A DNA stretch of 64,000 bases from positions 2,103-66,102 of the forward strand of contig CALVWU010000001.1 in NCBI GenBank assembly GCA_944367955.1. Reading direction: 5' to 3'. The position numbers and the translations under genes were made by a program. Positions within the stretch are counted from its first letter, which is position 1, and each line of letters begins with the position of its first letter. A model generated the notes under the pieces. The model did no database searches and was not told the DNA's origin. It was given only the letters and a program-made list of their open reading frames with translations. The DNA comes from an uncultured Clostridia bacterium. Lineage in GTDB: Bacteria > Bacillota > Clostridia > Christensenellales > Borkfalkiaceae. Shown here in pieces: positions 26,569-36,092 of this stretch.

Positions 26569-27528
26569 ATGTTAGGCGAAAAATTAAAAAAACTGCGCGC
26601 AGATCGAGGACTTACGCGTGAATGCGCTGCGGAGAAAATAGGAATAAGTACCAGAGCACTCGCGAATTACGAGAGCGACGAAAGGGTACCGCGGGGCGAA
26701 ATACTGAACAGTATCGCTTCTTTTTACGGCGTAAAACGCGAAGAACTGCTGATAGAAACACTGAATATATCCGATAATTGTGAAAACGAAGTAAAAAGCG
26801 AGCCCGAAAAGTACGTTTTAGAAAATAACGTCGGCATTCGTAAAAAAATTCCGCGTATGCTCATCCCGTGGTTGATTGCGGCTTCGTTGATAATTTTGCT
26901 GATAATAGCCGATCTGTCGTTTTTCTTTATCGAAAATCTGCCGATAGACAATGGCGACAGCATCCTTGATGTGGCTGTTGACTGGCGCAACGTCGGTTTG
27001 GGCTTTGCCGCATTCGTTTCGATTGTCGCCGTTGCATTCGGTGCGGTAATGTTGGTTAAAACATCCCCAAAAAAAGCGCGCGCAATTTTTTACACGGCAA
27101 TTTCCGTTATCGCGGCCGGAGTCGTTGTCTTCGGAGTTATGTTTGGCATTCTGTGCGCCGACTGTTTTGCGACAACCGCAGACGAACGCCGAGGATTCGC
27201 AACCTATATAAGATTAGATATACAGGGCGATTACAACGGAACCGTTACCGCAAAGGCAACCAATAATTTTAATATCGGATATGACAGGGTACAGGTGCGG
27301 CTCGACTTATATTATTCCCGAACATATTGCGATAACTGCGATGACATGCAGCTTTTTTCGAGCAGCGGCGTTGACGATCTGAATATTTTTAACAATATAG
27401 CGGTATCAGCCGCTGCCCGCGAAGGGTATTGGTTGGCTCGTGCGGTATACAAGACAAACGGCACCGGTTGGAGACAGATCCAAACCGAATTGCTTGAATT
27501 TGATGATTCCGCGGCAAAAATTGAATAG
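26569..27528 (+). CDS. Membrane-spanning XRE-family HTH transcriptional regulator with extracytoplasmic C-terminal domain
   Basis: HTH_3 motif LRADRGLTRECAAEKIGISTRALANYE. Three predicted TM helices, then a C-terminal domain of about 130 aa. Start chosen at Met 26569; the track ORF starts at TTG 26533. Confidence 0.7.
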   Translation: MLGEKLKKLRADRGLTRECAAEKIGISTRALANYESDERVPRGEILNSIASFYGVKREELLIETLNISDNCENEVKSEPEKYVLENNVGIRKKIPRMLIPWLIAASLIILLIIADLSFFFIENLPIDNGDSILDVAVDWRNVGLGFAAFVSIVAVAFGAVMLVKTSPKKARAIFYTAISVIAAGVVVFGVMFGILCADCFATTADERRGFATYIRLDIQGDYNGTVTAKATNNFNIGYDRVQVRLDLYYSRTYCDNCDDMQLFSSSGVDDLNIFNNIAVSAAAREGYWLARAVYKTNGTGWRQIQTELLEFDDSAAKIE

Positions 27529-27535
27529 CGATCTT

Positions 27536-27584
27536 ATAGCCTGCGCGCCGCGGCAATTTATTGCCGCGGCGCGCAGGCTATGTT
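27536..27584 (+). terminator. Strong intrinsic terminator (perfect 21-bp stem)
   Basis: atagcctgcgcgccgcggcaa-ttta-ttgccgcggcgcgcaggctat, then gttt. Confidence 0.8.
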
Positions 27585-27694
27585 TAAACCGCATGCAAAT
27601 TCGCCGTATGCACGCATTGTGCATGCGGTGTGCATTGAAATACGAATTAAAACGTCGTAAAATATATGCGTAACGGCGATAGGAGGTAAAATTC

Positions 27695-28828
27695 ATGAAG
27701 AAAAACCGTATCGGACTAAAAATATTTCTGCTGGCAGTGGCAGAGATAGGTCTTGTACTGCTGATTCTATTTCTCACGATGATGATCGATCAACGCATTT
27801 GCGCGGCGTTATTTTCGTTGTGTGTTGTAATCGCCGCGTTTTTCGCAACGTGGTGCATAACAAAACCCGCGACAAAAAAGCGTGTGCTTATAAGCTCAGG
27901 CTGTCTGACAGCGGCGGCCGCCGTCGCTCTCTGCGCGGTAGGCGGCGTAATTTTGTATGACGCCTCGCTCATAATAAATGAACGCGCGTATTACGACGAG
28001 AACTACCGCGACGAAAATCAGCCTTTTACGGACGGCGTGTATAAGCTCGAAGGGGCGGAGGTGATGTTTTCGGAAAAAAACGCACCCGTAATAGCCGTTA
28101 ACGACGCATCGCTATATCCGCTTGCCTCTTCGATAATCAATTCGTTTTATTCCCGAACCGCTTTTGAAAATTGCATAGACGACTATTTTATATCTGCGTT
28201 TTCTCCCGCGCTCGTACTTGAAGAGAATGTCGATGCTGTCGCCATCGTATATGAAGAAGAATTGGATATGTTCGACGGATATGAAGTGACTGCCATACCG
28301 ATAGCCGCGGATGCAATCGTAATATATTCTCAAAGCGGTACGAGTGTAAAATCTTTAACGCGCGACTGCTTGGCGGGCATTTTTACGGGAAAAATCACCG
28401 ATTGGTCACAGATCGGCGGCGAAAAGCACGAAATCAAGGCGTATGCGCAAAACGTATTTCAGACTTCGGGCAGAATGCTTGCCGGGTATTTAGATACTCA
28501 GCTTTCTGGCTATGTCACCGAAACTTACTTTGTTGTAAATCATTTCTCATTTAATCAAAGACCCGCCGCTTACCGCAACGTGGACGGCGCGGTTGGCTTC
28601 GCCTTAATGAGTCAGATAGACGAACGATTCAAAAATACCGCTAAAATAGATGTGGAGGGCGTTTCCGCCACATTCGACACCGTTGCAGACCGAAGCTACC
28701 CCATAACGTCTGCGGTTTATGCCGTGACGCGCGAAGACGCGGGCGAGAACGCGCGCAGACTTGTTGAGCTGTTGACGGCGGAAAGTTCTGCAAGGCTTTA
28801 TACGGCAAACGGCTTTGCCGCCGCTTAA
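27695..28828 (+). CDS. Membrane-anchored PstS-like (PBP_like_2) substrate-binding protein
   Basis: Three N-terminal TM helices. PstS-family motif AGIFTGKITDWSQIGG. AGGAGG RBS. No pstCAB genes nearby. Confidence 0.6.
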   Translation: MKKNRIGLKIFLLAVAEIGLVLLILFLTMMIDQRICAALFSLCVVIAAFFATWCITKPATKKRVLISSGCLTAAAAVALCAVGGVILYDASLIINERAYYDENYRDENQPFTDGVYKLEGAEVMFSEKNAPVIAVNDASLYPLASSIINSFYSRTAFENCIDDYFISAFSPALVLEENVDAVAIVYEEELDMFDGYEVTAIPIAADAIVIYSQSGTSVKSLTRDCLAGIFTGKITDWSQIGGEKHEIKAYAQNVFQTSGRMLAGYLDTQLSGYVTETYFVVNHFSFNQRPAAYRNVDGAVGFALMSQIDERFKNTAKIDVEGVSATFDTVADRSYPITSAVYAVTREDAGENARRLVELLTAESSARLYTANGFAAA

Positions 28829-28911
28829 AAGGTATAAAATGTGAAAGATTTTTCTAAAAATACAGCGTAGCGAGACGTTCAAATTGCTTTGTCTATAATA
28901 TTTCAAATTTT

Positions 28912-28936
28912 GCAATGTACTATGTTACACATAAAT
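28912..28936 (-). repeat. Copy S1 of the 25-nt motif ATTTATGTGTAACATAGTACATTGC (read on the minus strand)
   Basis: 15 nt (28914-28928) are the exact reverse complement of 40526-40540. 21 of 25 positions match copy S3. Confidence 0.6.
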
Positions 28937-28956
28937 ACATTTTATGGTTATATGTT

Positions 28957-28986
28957 AAAAGGCTGACATAACTAAGTCAGCCTTTT
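28957..28986. terminator. Bidirectional intrinsic terminator between the PstS-like gene and aroK
   Basis: aaaaggctgac-N8-gtcagcctttt. Confidence 0.75.
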
Positions 28987-29059
28987 GTGCATTAACATGT
29001 TTTACAATGACAATAATTTTAACCGGGATAAAAGGTTTTCTGTGATTTAAAACCTTGAT

Positions 29060-29572
29060 TCACCTTTCTGCCTTCGCCGCCTTGATAACAGCCTCAACCG
29101 TTTCGTCGATGTTCAATCCGTCGCAATCGACGGTTGCGTCAGCGTATTTTTCGTACAGAGGAACACGTTCGGCATAGAGTTCGGCCAGCGTTTTGGCGCG
29201 GTTGCGCATAACGACGCCGCGCTTAAAAATATCTTTGCCTTTAAGCCTTTTTTCAAGTTCTTTCAAACTGACTTTAAGATAAATTATTCTGCCCAAATTT
29301 TTAAGATGTTGCATTGCCTTTTCGCCGTAAATCACGCTTCCGCCCGTCGAAATTATGCATTTTTCGGCCCAGAGCGATGCGTTCACGCGCTCTTCGATGG
29401 AGATAAAACCCTGAACGCCCTCTCTTTCGATAATATCGCAAAGCAATGCTTTTTGTTCGTTTTGAATAAGCAGGTCGCAGTCGATATATCCGTAACCGAT
29501 GGTTTTGGCGAGCAAAACGCCCGCGGTGCTCTTGCCCGAAGCGGGCATTCCGATAAGAATTATGTTATCCAT
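29060..29572 (-). CDS. aroK: Shikimate kinase
   Basis: P-loop GMPASGKST directly after Met 29572. The track ORF extends to 29602. Confidence 0.85.
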   Translation of the reverse strand: MDNIILIGMPASGKSTAGVLLAKTIGYGYIDCDLLIQNEQKALLCDIIEREGVQGFISIEERVNASLWAEKCIISTGGSVIYGEKAMQHLKNLGRIIYLKVSLKELEKRLKGKDIFKRGVVMRNRAKTLAELYAERVPLYEKYADATVDCDGLNIDETVEAVIKAAKAER

Positions 29573-29679
29573 ATAAAAATTATACCCCTTAAAATGCCGC
29601 AAGTCAACAAGCCTGCGGCATTTTAAGTATATAATTGTGCAATATAAGTTATTTTAAGTATATATTTATGACTTTGCTA

Positions 29680-29708
29680 TTGATTTTTTTTTGAATTTAT
29701 TATATAAT
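29680..29708 (+). promoter_or_regulatory. sigA-type promoter TTGATT-17-TATAAT reading toward the hypothetical ORF and glg operon
   Basis: -35 at 29680-29685, -10 at 29703-29708. Confidence 0.5.
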
Positions 29709-29789
29709 TTACTTCGGCAAATCATTTGCGCCAAAAGTGCGGCGCAGGCGATCTTCCGGCGGGTCGGTCGGAGTACTTTTGTTTTTGTT

Positions 29790-30230
29790 ATGACATTCGA
29801 ATATTCGGTTGAAATAGGGCCCTGTTCCCGTAATAAAGTTTTTGTAAAAAACGGTCGAATAATCAATTCTCATTCTGTCGATCGATACAGGATTTGGACG
29901 GGGTGCGGCGATATATGTCTGTGCGCCGATAGAAAGCGAAGGGTTTCGGGACTTTCGGGCAGCGTGGATAAGCTGACGCACTATAAAAACGAGCCGCTCG
30001 AACGTGTCGAAGCGATGGACGGCGTTATAAAAATTGACTGCGGCATAAAGCTTCCTGAAGGGGTGTACATTTGTCCGCCCCTCGTTCCCGTGGTGTACGA
30101 TGATGCTTCATGCGTTTTAGTCTTCGGGGATATGCACGGCGACATCTGCGTAAAGACGGCCGAAAATGTCATCGTGGCCCTTTCGGGCGGCAGACTGTGC
30201 GGCGTGGAGATATGTAATTTAAAGCTGTAA
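29790..30230 (+). CDS. Hypothetical protein; start uncertain (candidate starts at 29790 or 30016)
   Basis: The ORF has coding-like codon usage mainly in its 3' half. No SD at either Met. No family recognised. Confidence 0.3.
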   Translation: MTFEYSVEIGPCSRNKVFVKNGRIINSHSVDRYRIWTGCGDICLCADRKRRVSGLSGSVDKLTHYKNEPLERVEAMDGVIKIDCGIKLPEGVYICPPLVPVVYDDASCVLVFGDMHGDICVKTAENVIVALSGGRLCGVEICNLKL

Positions 30231-30337
30231 GCAGCCTGATTTTGTCTTTACTCGGCTTAACCGTGTTTTAAACGGTCTGCCGATATGTTTTTTTGCATTT
30301 TATTTTAAAAAACGTGCAAAGATTTTTAATTATTGTC

Positions 30338-30366
30338 TTGAAAAATCGATAGCAATATGGTAAAAT
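30338..30366 (+). promoter_or_regulatory. sigA-type promoter TTGAAA-17-(TGg)TAAAAT for the glg operon
   Basis: -35 at 30338-30343, -10 at 30361-30366. Confidence 0.55.
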
Positions 30367-30376
30367 ATGTAAGGGT

Positions 30377-32206
30377 ATGAACGTACACAGCGCATTGGAG
30401 CTATTTCATAACGGCGTTTTTTCCGCCGCACACGAATTTTACGGCTGTCACCGCTCGCCGGAGGGCGGCCGGACTTTCCGTGTTTGGGCTCCGCATGCCG
30501 CCCGCGTCTGTGTGCTCGTGCGCGACGTCGAACACCCCATGAAGAGGCTGTCGGACGGCGAAAGCTGGCAGGCCGATCTGAATTGCAAAACCGGCGACAG
30601 ATATTGTTTTGCCGTGTATACTTTCGAAGGGCGCAGACTTTTAAAGAGCGATCCGTTTGCCTTTCGAAGCGATTTGCCCAATTCGATATTTTCCGTCGTA
30701 TGCGATCTGCCGCAAAAAAACAAACGTATGCCGGCCGGCGGCGATACCTTGTCGCAGCCCGTAAATATTTTTGAAGTAAACCTTTTAAGCTGGAAAAGGG
30801 GAGGCGACGGAAGTTATCTCTCTTTTAAAGAGCTTGAACACACACTCGTGCCGTATGTGGCCGACATGGGTTATACGCACGTCGAATTCATGCCCGTCAC
30901 AGAATATCCTTTCGACGGCTCTTGGGGCTATCAGGTAACGGGATATTTTTCGGTTGTAAACCGTTTGGGCCCGCCCGAAGATTTCGCTTCGCTCGTCGAC
31001 GCGTTTCACCGCGCGGGAATACGCGTTATCATCGATTGGGTGCCGGCGCACTTTCCCAAGGACGACTTCGGTCTGTATGAGTTCGACGGTCAGCCCCTGT
31101 ACGAGTGCGCGCTGTGGGACAATATGGAGCACAGCGGGTGGGGTACGCGCAAATTTGACTATTCTAAGAACGAAGTGCGCAATTTTCTGCTGTCTTCGGC
31201 GGCGTTTTTTATCGAACGGTATGCCGTTGACGGATTCAGGGTGGACGCAGTGGCGTCCATGCTCTATCTCGATTACGACAAACGTGCGGGGGAATGGACG
31301 CCCAATGTGTTTGGCGACAACCGCAATCTTGAAGCCATTGACTTTATAAAATGTTTCAATGCGCATCTGCACGAAAAATTCAAACACGTACTGACCGTGG
31401 CCGAGGAGTCGACGGCCTATCCGGGCGTCACCGAAAAAGTTAGCGGCGGCGGGCTGGGTTTCGACTACAAATGGAATATGGGCTGGATGAACGACGTATT
31501 GTTTTATTGTCGTCAGGATCCGCTGTACCGCCATTATCATCACACAAAAATCACCTTTTCGATGATGTACTCGTTCGGCGAACGATATATTCTGCCCCTT
31601 TCGCACGATGAAGTCGTGCATGTCAAGGGCGCGATAGTAAATAAATTTCCCGGAGAGTACGCCGATAAATTTGCGGGCGAGCGCGGGCTTTTGGGCTTTA
31701 TGTACGCGCACCCCGGCAAAAAACTTAACTTTATGGGTTATGAGATAGCGCAGTTTGCCGAATGGGACTACCGCAAGGGAATCGACTATTTTTTAACTTC
31801 ATACGAAAAGCATGCAAAGATGCGCGTTTTCGTAAAATATTTGAACGGCATATATAAAACGTGCCCGCCGCTGTATACGATCGAAAACGACTGGAAGGGT
31901 TTCGAATGGTTAGTAGTGGACGACGAGGTGAACAACGTCATCGCATTCAATCGCTATGACGACGCGGGCAACACGCTTCTTTGCGTTGTGAATTTTTCGG
32001 GCATAGACCAGCCCGATTACACATTCGGACAGCACCGCGGAAAATATAAACTTATCCTCGACAGCGACAAAAAGGAATTCGGGGGCGAGGGCAAGTTCAA
32101 AAAGCGGGTAATATACACAAAAAAAATACCAAGTCACGGCAAGGATTGGTCGCTTACGCTTACGATACCTAAACTTGCGTGTCTGTATTTTATAAAAGAA
32201 AAATAA
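30377..32206 (+). CDS. glgB: 1,4-alpha-glucan branching enzyme
   Basis: GH13 motifs [25 protein letters not shown] and LSHDEVVH. Confidence 0.92.
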   Translation: MNVHSALELFHNGVFSAAHEFYGCHRSPEGGRTFRVWAPHAARVCVLVRDVEHPMKRLSDGESWQADLNCKTGDRYCFAVYTFEGRRLLKSDPFAFRSDLPNSIFSVVCDLPQKNKRMPAGGDTLSQPVNIFEVNLLSWKRGGDGSYLSFKELEHTLVPYVADMGYTHVEFMPVTEYPFDGSWGYQVTGYFSVVNRLGPPEDFASLVDAFHRAGIRVIIDWVPAHFPKDDFGLYEFDGQPLYECALWDNMEHSGWGTRKFDYSKNEVRNFLLSSAAFFIERYAVDGFRVDAVASMLYLDYDKRAGEWTPNVFGDNRNLEAIDFIKCFNAHLHEKFKHVLTVAEESTAYPGVTEKVSGGGLGFDYKWNMGWMNDVLFYCRQDPLYRHYHHTKITFSMMYSFGERYILPLSHDEVVHVKGAIVNKFPGEYADKFAGERGLLGFMYAHPGKKLNFMGYEIAQFAEWDYRKGIDYFLTSYEKHAKMRVFVKYLNGIYKTCPPLYTIENDWKGFEWLVVDDEVNNVIAFNRYDDAGNTLLCVVNFSGIDQPDYTFGQHRGKYKLILDSDKKEFGGEGKFKKRVIYTKKIPSHGKDWSLTLTIPKLACLYFIKEK

Positions 32207-32225
32207 ATTATTGGGGGATCCAGCA

Positions 32226-33428
32226 ATGCTAAGAAAAAAAGAGTGCGTGGCAATGTTACTTGCGGGCGGACAGGGCAGCAGACTGTACGCCTTGACCAGT
32301 AACATAGCCAAACCCGCGGTTTGTTTCGGCGCAAAGTACAGAATAATCGACTTTCCGCTTTCAAACTGCATCAATTCGGGTATAGACACCGTGGGTGTGC
32401 TTACCCAGTACCAGCCCCTCGTTCTGAACGAATATGTGGGCAACGGTCAGCCGTGGGATCTTGACAGAACTTTCGGCGGCGTACATATCCTTTCGCCCTA
32501 CGAGGCAAAAACGGATACATCGTGGTACAAAGGTACGGCCAACGCAATCTATCAGAATATAAGATTCATGAAGATGTACGACCCCGAATACGTTCTCATT
32601 CTTTCGGGCGACCACATCTATAAGATGGATTACGACAAGATGCTTGCGGCCCATAAAGCGGCGGGTGCGGACTGTACCATAGCCTGCATGCAGGTGCCTA
32701 TGAAGGAGGCTTCGAGATTCGGTATTTTAAATACCAATCCCGACGGCACGATCTACGAATTCGAAGAAAAACCCAAGCAGCCCAAGAGCGATTTGGCTTC
32801 GATGGGTATCTATATTTTCACGGCGTCGAAACTCTTCAAGTACCTCGAACTCGACGAAAAAGATCCATCTTCCCAGAACGACTTCGGCAAGAACGTTCTT
32901 CCCGCCATGCTCAATGCCGGCGAAAAAATGGTTTCATACCGCTTCGAAGGCTACTGGAAGGACGTCGGCACGATAAGCTCGCTGTGGGAAGCAAATATGG
33001 ATCTGTTGGGCGACGCACCCAAATTCGATCTGCGCGATACCGAAAGAGTCATCCATTCAAGAAGCCCGCTCGCTCCGCCCGCATACGTAAAGGGTGAAGT
33101 TTCCAACTCGCTCATCGCAAACGGCTGCGAAGTGGAGGGCACAGTCATTCATTCGGTAATAGGCACGGGTTGCGTTATCGAAAAGGGCGCGGTCGTCAAG
33201 GACAGCGTACTCATGGGCGACGTCGTTGTCAAGGCCGGCGCAAGCGTAAACTACTCGATAATCGACGAAGAAGTTACCATCGGCAAAAAGTCGGTCGTCG
33301 GCGACGTCATCGCAAAGGCGAGCAAGCTTGAAGGCAAGACGAACGGAATAACCGTGCTGGGCCGTGCAATAAGCGTGGGGGACGGCAAAACCGTGCCCGC
33401 AGGCGAGATAATAGACAAAAACGTGTAA
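32226..33428 (+). CDS. glgC: Glucose-1-phosphate adenylyltransferase catalytic subunit
   Basis: [34 protein letters not shown], and a LbH C-terminus. Start chosen at Met 32226. Confidence 0.92.
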   Translation: MLRKKECVAMLLAGGQGSRLYALTSNIAKPAVCFGAKYRIIDFPLSNCINSGIDTVGVLTQYQPLVLNEYVGNGQPWDLDRTFGGVHILSPYEAKTDTSWYKGTANAIYQNIRFMKMYDPEYVLILSGDHIYKMDYDKMLAAHKAAGADCTIACMQVPMKEASRFGILNTNPDGTIYEFEEKPKQPKSDLASMGIYIFTASKLFKYLELDEKDPSSQNDFGKNVLPAMLNAGEKMVSYRFEGYWKDVGTISSLWEANMDLLGDAPKFDLRDTERVIHSRSPLAPPAYVKGEVSNSLIANGCEVEGTVIHSVIGTGCVIEKGAVVKDSVLMGDVVVKAGASVNYSIIDEEVTIGKKSVVGDVIAKASKLEGKTNGITVLGRAISVGDGKTVPAGEIIDKNV

Positions 33429-33441
33429 GGGGGAAGGATAA

Positions 33442-34548
33442 ATGTCATCAGCAGTAGGCGTAATTTTTTCAAGCATAAACGATGAAAGCGTACCCGAACT
33501 GACAAAAGTCAGATCGAAGGCTTCCATTCCTTTCGGCGGACGCTACCGCGTTGTGGACTTCGCACTTTCGTGCATGGTCAATTCGGGCATCACTACCGTG
33601 GGCGTTATAACAAAGAACAATTATCAGTCGCTAATGGATCACCTCGGCTCAGGCAAGGAGTGGGATCTGGCAAGAAAGGAGGGCGGACTTATTCTGTTGC
33701 CCCCTTACAGCGACGAAAGCGAAATGCTCTACCGCAACCGTCTTGAAGGTTTAAAGGGTGCCTCGGCGTTTTTGAGAAAGTGCAAAGAGGACTTTGTTGT
33801 GGTTGCCGACAGCGACTCGGTATATAAAATAGATTACAGCAAAGTCATCGAACAGCACGCTAAAACTAACGCCGATCTTACGCTTGTTTACCATGAACAC
33901 AGATGCGGCGATTCAAATTCTTATATGATGTTCGAAACGGACGAGAATGAAAGAATTCTCACCGTAGACGTCAACCAGCACAGCACAAGCATCAAAAAGA
34001 ACTACATCAACGTATTCGTTGCCCGCACGTCGTATCTGCGCAACCTCATTCAAACCGCCATCACCCGCGGCTATTCGAGTTTTTCGGGCGACATTATTCT
34101 GCCCGGCGTAAAGACCGGCAACGTGTATGGCTATAAGTACGAAGGATACTATCAGAACATCGATTCGCTGCAATCCTTCTTTAAGGCGAATATGGATCTG
34201 CTCGATAAAAAAGTGCGCAGCTATCTCTTCGGCGAAAGGGATATTTACACCAAGATAAACGACGCTTCGCCTGCAAAGTTTACCGAGAGCGCGAAAGTAT
34301 CCAACTCGCTCATCCACGACGGATGCCTTATTGAAGGCACGGTTGAAAATTGTATTCTGTTCCGCGGAGTAAAGGTGGGCAAGGGCGCGACGCTTAAAAA
34401 CTGCATCATAATGAGCGAAAACGTTATCGGCGACAATTGCAATCTCGCATACGTCGTAAGCGACAAAGACAGCTCGGTGGTTGCAGGCACAACGCTTGCA
34501 GGTTGCGCGCAGAAACCTTATTTCATAAATAAAGGTATGCACATTTAA
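33442..34548 (+). CDS. glgD: Glucose-1-phosphate adenylyltransferase regulatory subunit GlgD
   Basis: GlgC paralogue lacking the GGxGxRL motif (IPFGGRYRVVDFALS). Sits in the Firmicute glgC-glgD arrangement. Confidence 0.85.
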   Translation: MSSAVGVIFSSINDESVPELTKVRSKASIPFGGRYRVVDFALSCMVNSGITTVGVITKNNYQSLMDHLGSGKEWDLARKEGGLILLPPYSDESEMLYRNRLEGLKGASAFLRKCKEDFVVVADSDSVYKIDYSKVIEQHAKTNADLTLVYHEHRCGDSNSYMMFETDENERILTVDVNQHSTSIKKNYINVFVARTSYLRNLIQTAITRGYSSFSGDIILPGVKTGNVYGYKYEGYYQNIDSLQSFFKANMDLLDKKVRSYLFGERDIYTKINDASPAKFTESAKVSNSLIHDGCLIEGTVENCILFRGVKVGKGATLKNCIIMSENVIGDNCNLAYVVSDKDSSVVAGTTLAGCAQKPYFINKGMHI

Positions 34549-34571
34549 GTAAGACAAGGGGGATAACAAAA

Positions 34572-36056
34572 ATGGCATCAGCAATAAAAGTAACAACCAA
34601 AAAGACCGCTGCAAAGGTGCAGAAAGTTGCAGAAACGCCCTCGAAGCGCAAAATTTTGTTCGTTGCGTCGGAGTGCACGCCGTTCATCGTGACGGGCGGC
34701 CTTGCAGAAGTTATCGGCTCGCTGTCGAAGGCTTTGGCCGCAACGGGTAACTTCGATGTGAGGGTGGTGGTGCCCCTTTATTCGGATATTAAAAAGGAAT
34801 ACAGGGATAAATTCACATACCTTGGCAACATCTATGTTCATCTTGCATGGAGAAATCAGTATTGCGGTATTTTCAAATACGAACAGGACGGCGTTATCTT
34901 CTATTTCCTCGATAACGAATTCTATTTTAAACGTCCCGGCTGCTATGGCTATTTTGACGACGGCGAGAGGTTTGCCTTCTTTTCGAGGGCCGTGCTTGAA
35001 ATCATGCCGTTTTTGAATTTCTATCCCGATGTCATGCATTGCCACGACTGGCAGTCTGCTCTTGCGGCAATCTATCTTAAAACAAATTATTGTTTCAGAC
35101 AGGAATACCAGTTTATAAGGGCACTTTTTACCATTCATAACATCGAATATCAGGGACAGTATTCGCTTGATATACTTTCGTCGCTGTTCGATATTTACGG
35201 CAAGTATCAGTACCTTGTGGAATACAACAACTCGATAAACCTGATGAAGGGCGCGATTGAGTGCTGCGAAAGATTTTCCACCGTTTCGCCCAGGTATGCC
35301 CAGGAGATCAAAGAACCCTATTATGCGCACGGCATGGATCCCATCGTGCGCAGAAACGAGTTCAAGCTTTCGGGCATACTCAACGGCATCGACGATACGG
35401 GTTATAATCCCCAATTCGATACGCACATCTTTGCAAATTATTCGCCCGACGACATGAGCAACAAGGCCGTAAACAAGGCGGAACTTCAAAAGATGCTCAA
35501 TCTTCCCGAAAAACCCGATACGCCGGTTATCTCTATGATTTCAAGGCTTGTGTCGCACAAGGGCTTCGATCTCGTATTAAACATAATAGAGGAGCTTTTG
35601 CAAAGCGACGTGCAGTTCGTCGTGCTCGGCACCGGCGATTCGTACTATGAAAACTTCTTTAAAGATCTCGCCGGAAGGTATCCCGACAAAATGAGCGCGC
35701 AGATAATGTTCAACAACGATCTCTCGCGCAAGATTTATGCAGGTTCGGATATTTTCCTTATGCCTTCAAAGTCGGAACCCTGCGGCCTTTCGCAGATGAT
35801 TGCCTGCAGATACGCCACGATTCCGGTCGTAAGGGAGACGGGCGGACTGTACGACAGCATCAAGCCCCTTCAAAACGGTTATACTTTTACAAACTACAAC
35901 GCGCACGACATGCTTTATGTTATAAGAGAGGCCATTTCGGACTATAAAAACAAGGATGTTTGGTCAAAACTTATGTACAGAGCCGCAACAAGCGATTTCA
36001 GTTGGACAAATTCGGCAAAGCAGTACGAAGCGTTGTATATGAGTATGCTCAAATAA
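34572..36056 (+). CDS. glgA: Glycogen synthase (ADP-glucose type)
   Basis: N-terminal SECTPFIVTGGLAEV (KTGGL-like) and a GT5 C-terminal PSKSEPCGLSQM. Confidence 0.92.
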   Translation: MASAIKVTTKKTAAKVQKVAETPSKRKILFVASECTPFIVTGGLAEVIGSLSKALAATGNFDVRVVVPLYSDIKKEYRDKFTYLGNIYVHLAWRNQYCGIFKYEQDGVIFYFLDNEFYFKRPGCYGYFDDGERFAFFSRAVLEIMPFLNFYPDVMHCHDWQSALAAIYLKTNYCFRQEYQFIRALFTIHNIEYQGQYSLDILSSLFDIYGKYQYLVEYNNSINLMKGAIECCERFSTVSPRYAQEIKEPYYAHGMDPIVRRNEFKLSGILNGIDDTGYNPQFDTHIFANYSPDDMSNKAVNKAELQKMLNLPEKPDTPVISMISRLVSHKGFDLVLNIIEELLQSDVQFVVLGTGDSYYENFFKDLAGRYPDKMSAQIMFNNDLSRKIYAGSDIFLMPSKSEPCGLSQMIACRYATIPVVRETGGLYDSIKPLQNGYTFTNYNAHDMLYVIREAISDYKNKDVWSKLMYRAATSDFSWTNSAKQYEALYMSMLK

Positions 36057-36092
36057 TAATTCTATTTTACTTATATATTTTAGGAGAACATA

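Noticed and set aside
28930-28948. dif-like dyad CATAA-N7-TTATG adjacent to and partly overlapping motif copy S1. Its right arm TTATGTGTAAC on the minus strand is reminiscent of the Firmicute XerD arm TTATGTWAACT.
   Set aside because: The central region is 7 nt rather than 6. The outer arms match the Firmicute dif consensus at only about 6-7 of 11 positions. The site is 14 kb from the gene-orientation switch. It is kept only as a caveat inside other findings.
29716-29790. Possible c-di-GMP (GEMM-like) riboswitch, because of GGCAAATC and GC-rich hairpins in the leader.
   Set aside because: The conserved GEMM elements (the ACGCAAAGC-type motifs and the paired tetraloop/receptor layout) are absent. 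The resemblance is limited to one hexamer.
30338-30355. CcpA cre site overlapping the glg promoter (TGAAAAATCGATAGCA).
   Set aside because: The central CG is two positions out of register with the cre consensus TGWAANCGNTNWCA, so it is not a credible match.
30785-31711. A 308-aa ORF antisense to glgB. Similar long antisense ORFs include 34578-35489, 33913-34614, 46816-47541, 44462-45214, 19562-20146, 48908-49555, 56364-57008, 62180-62911, 1788-2435 and 9174-9710.
   Set aside because: In every case the opposite strand encodes a protein with unmistakable family motifs. The antisense translations are Arg/His/Pro-rich, lack an RBS and match no family. These are typical shadow ORFs produced by codon bias.
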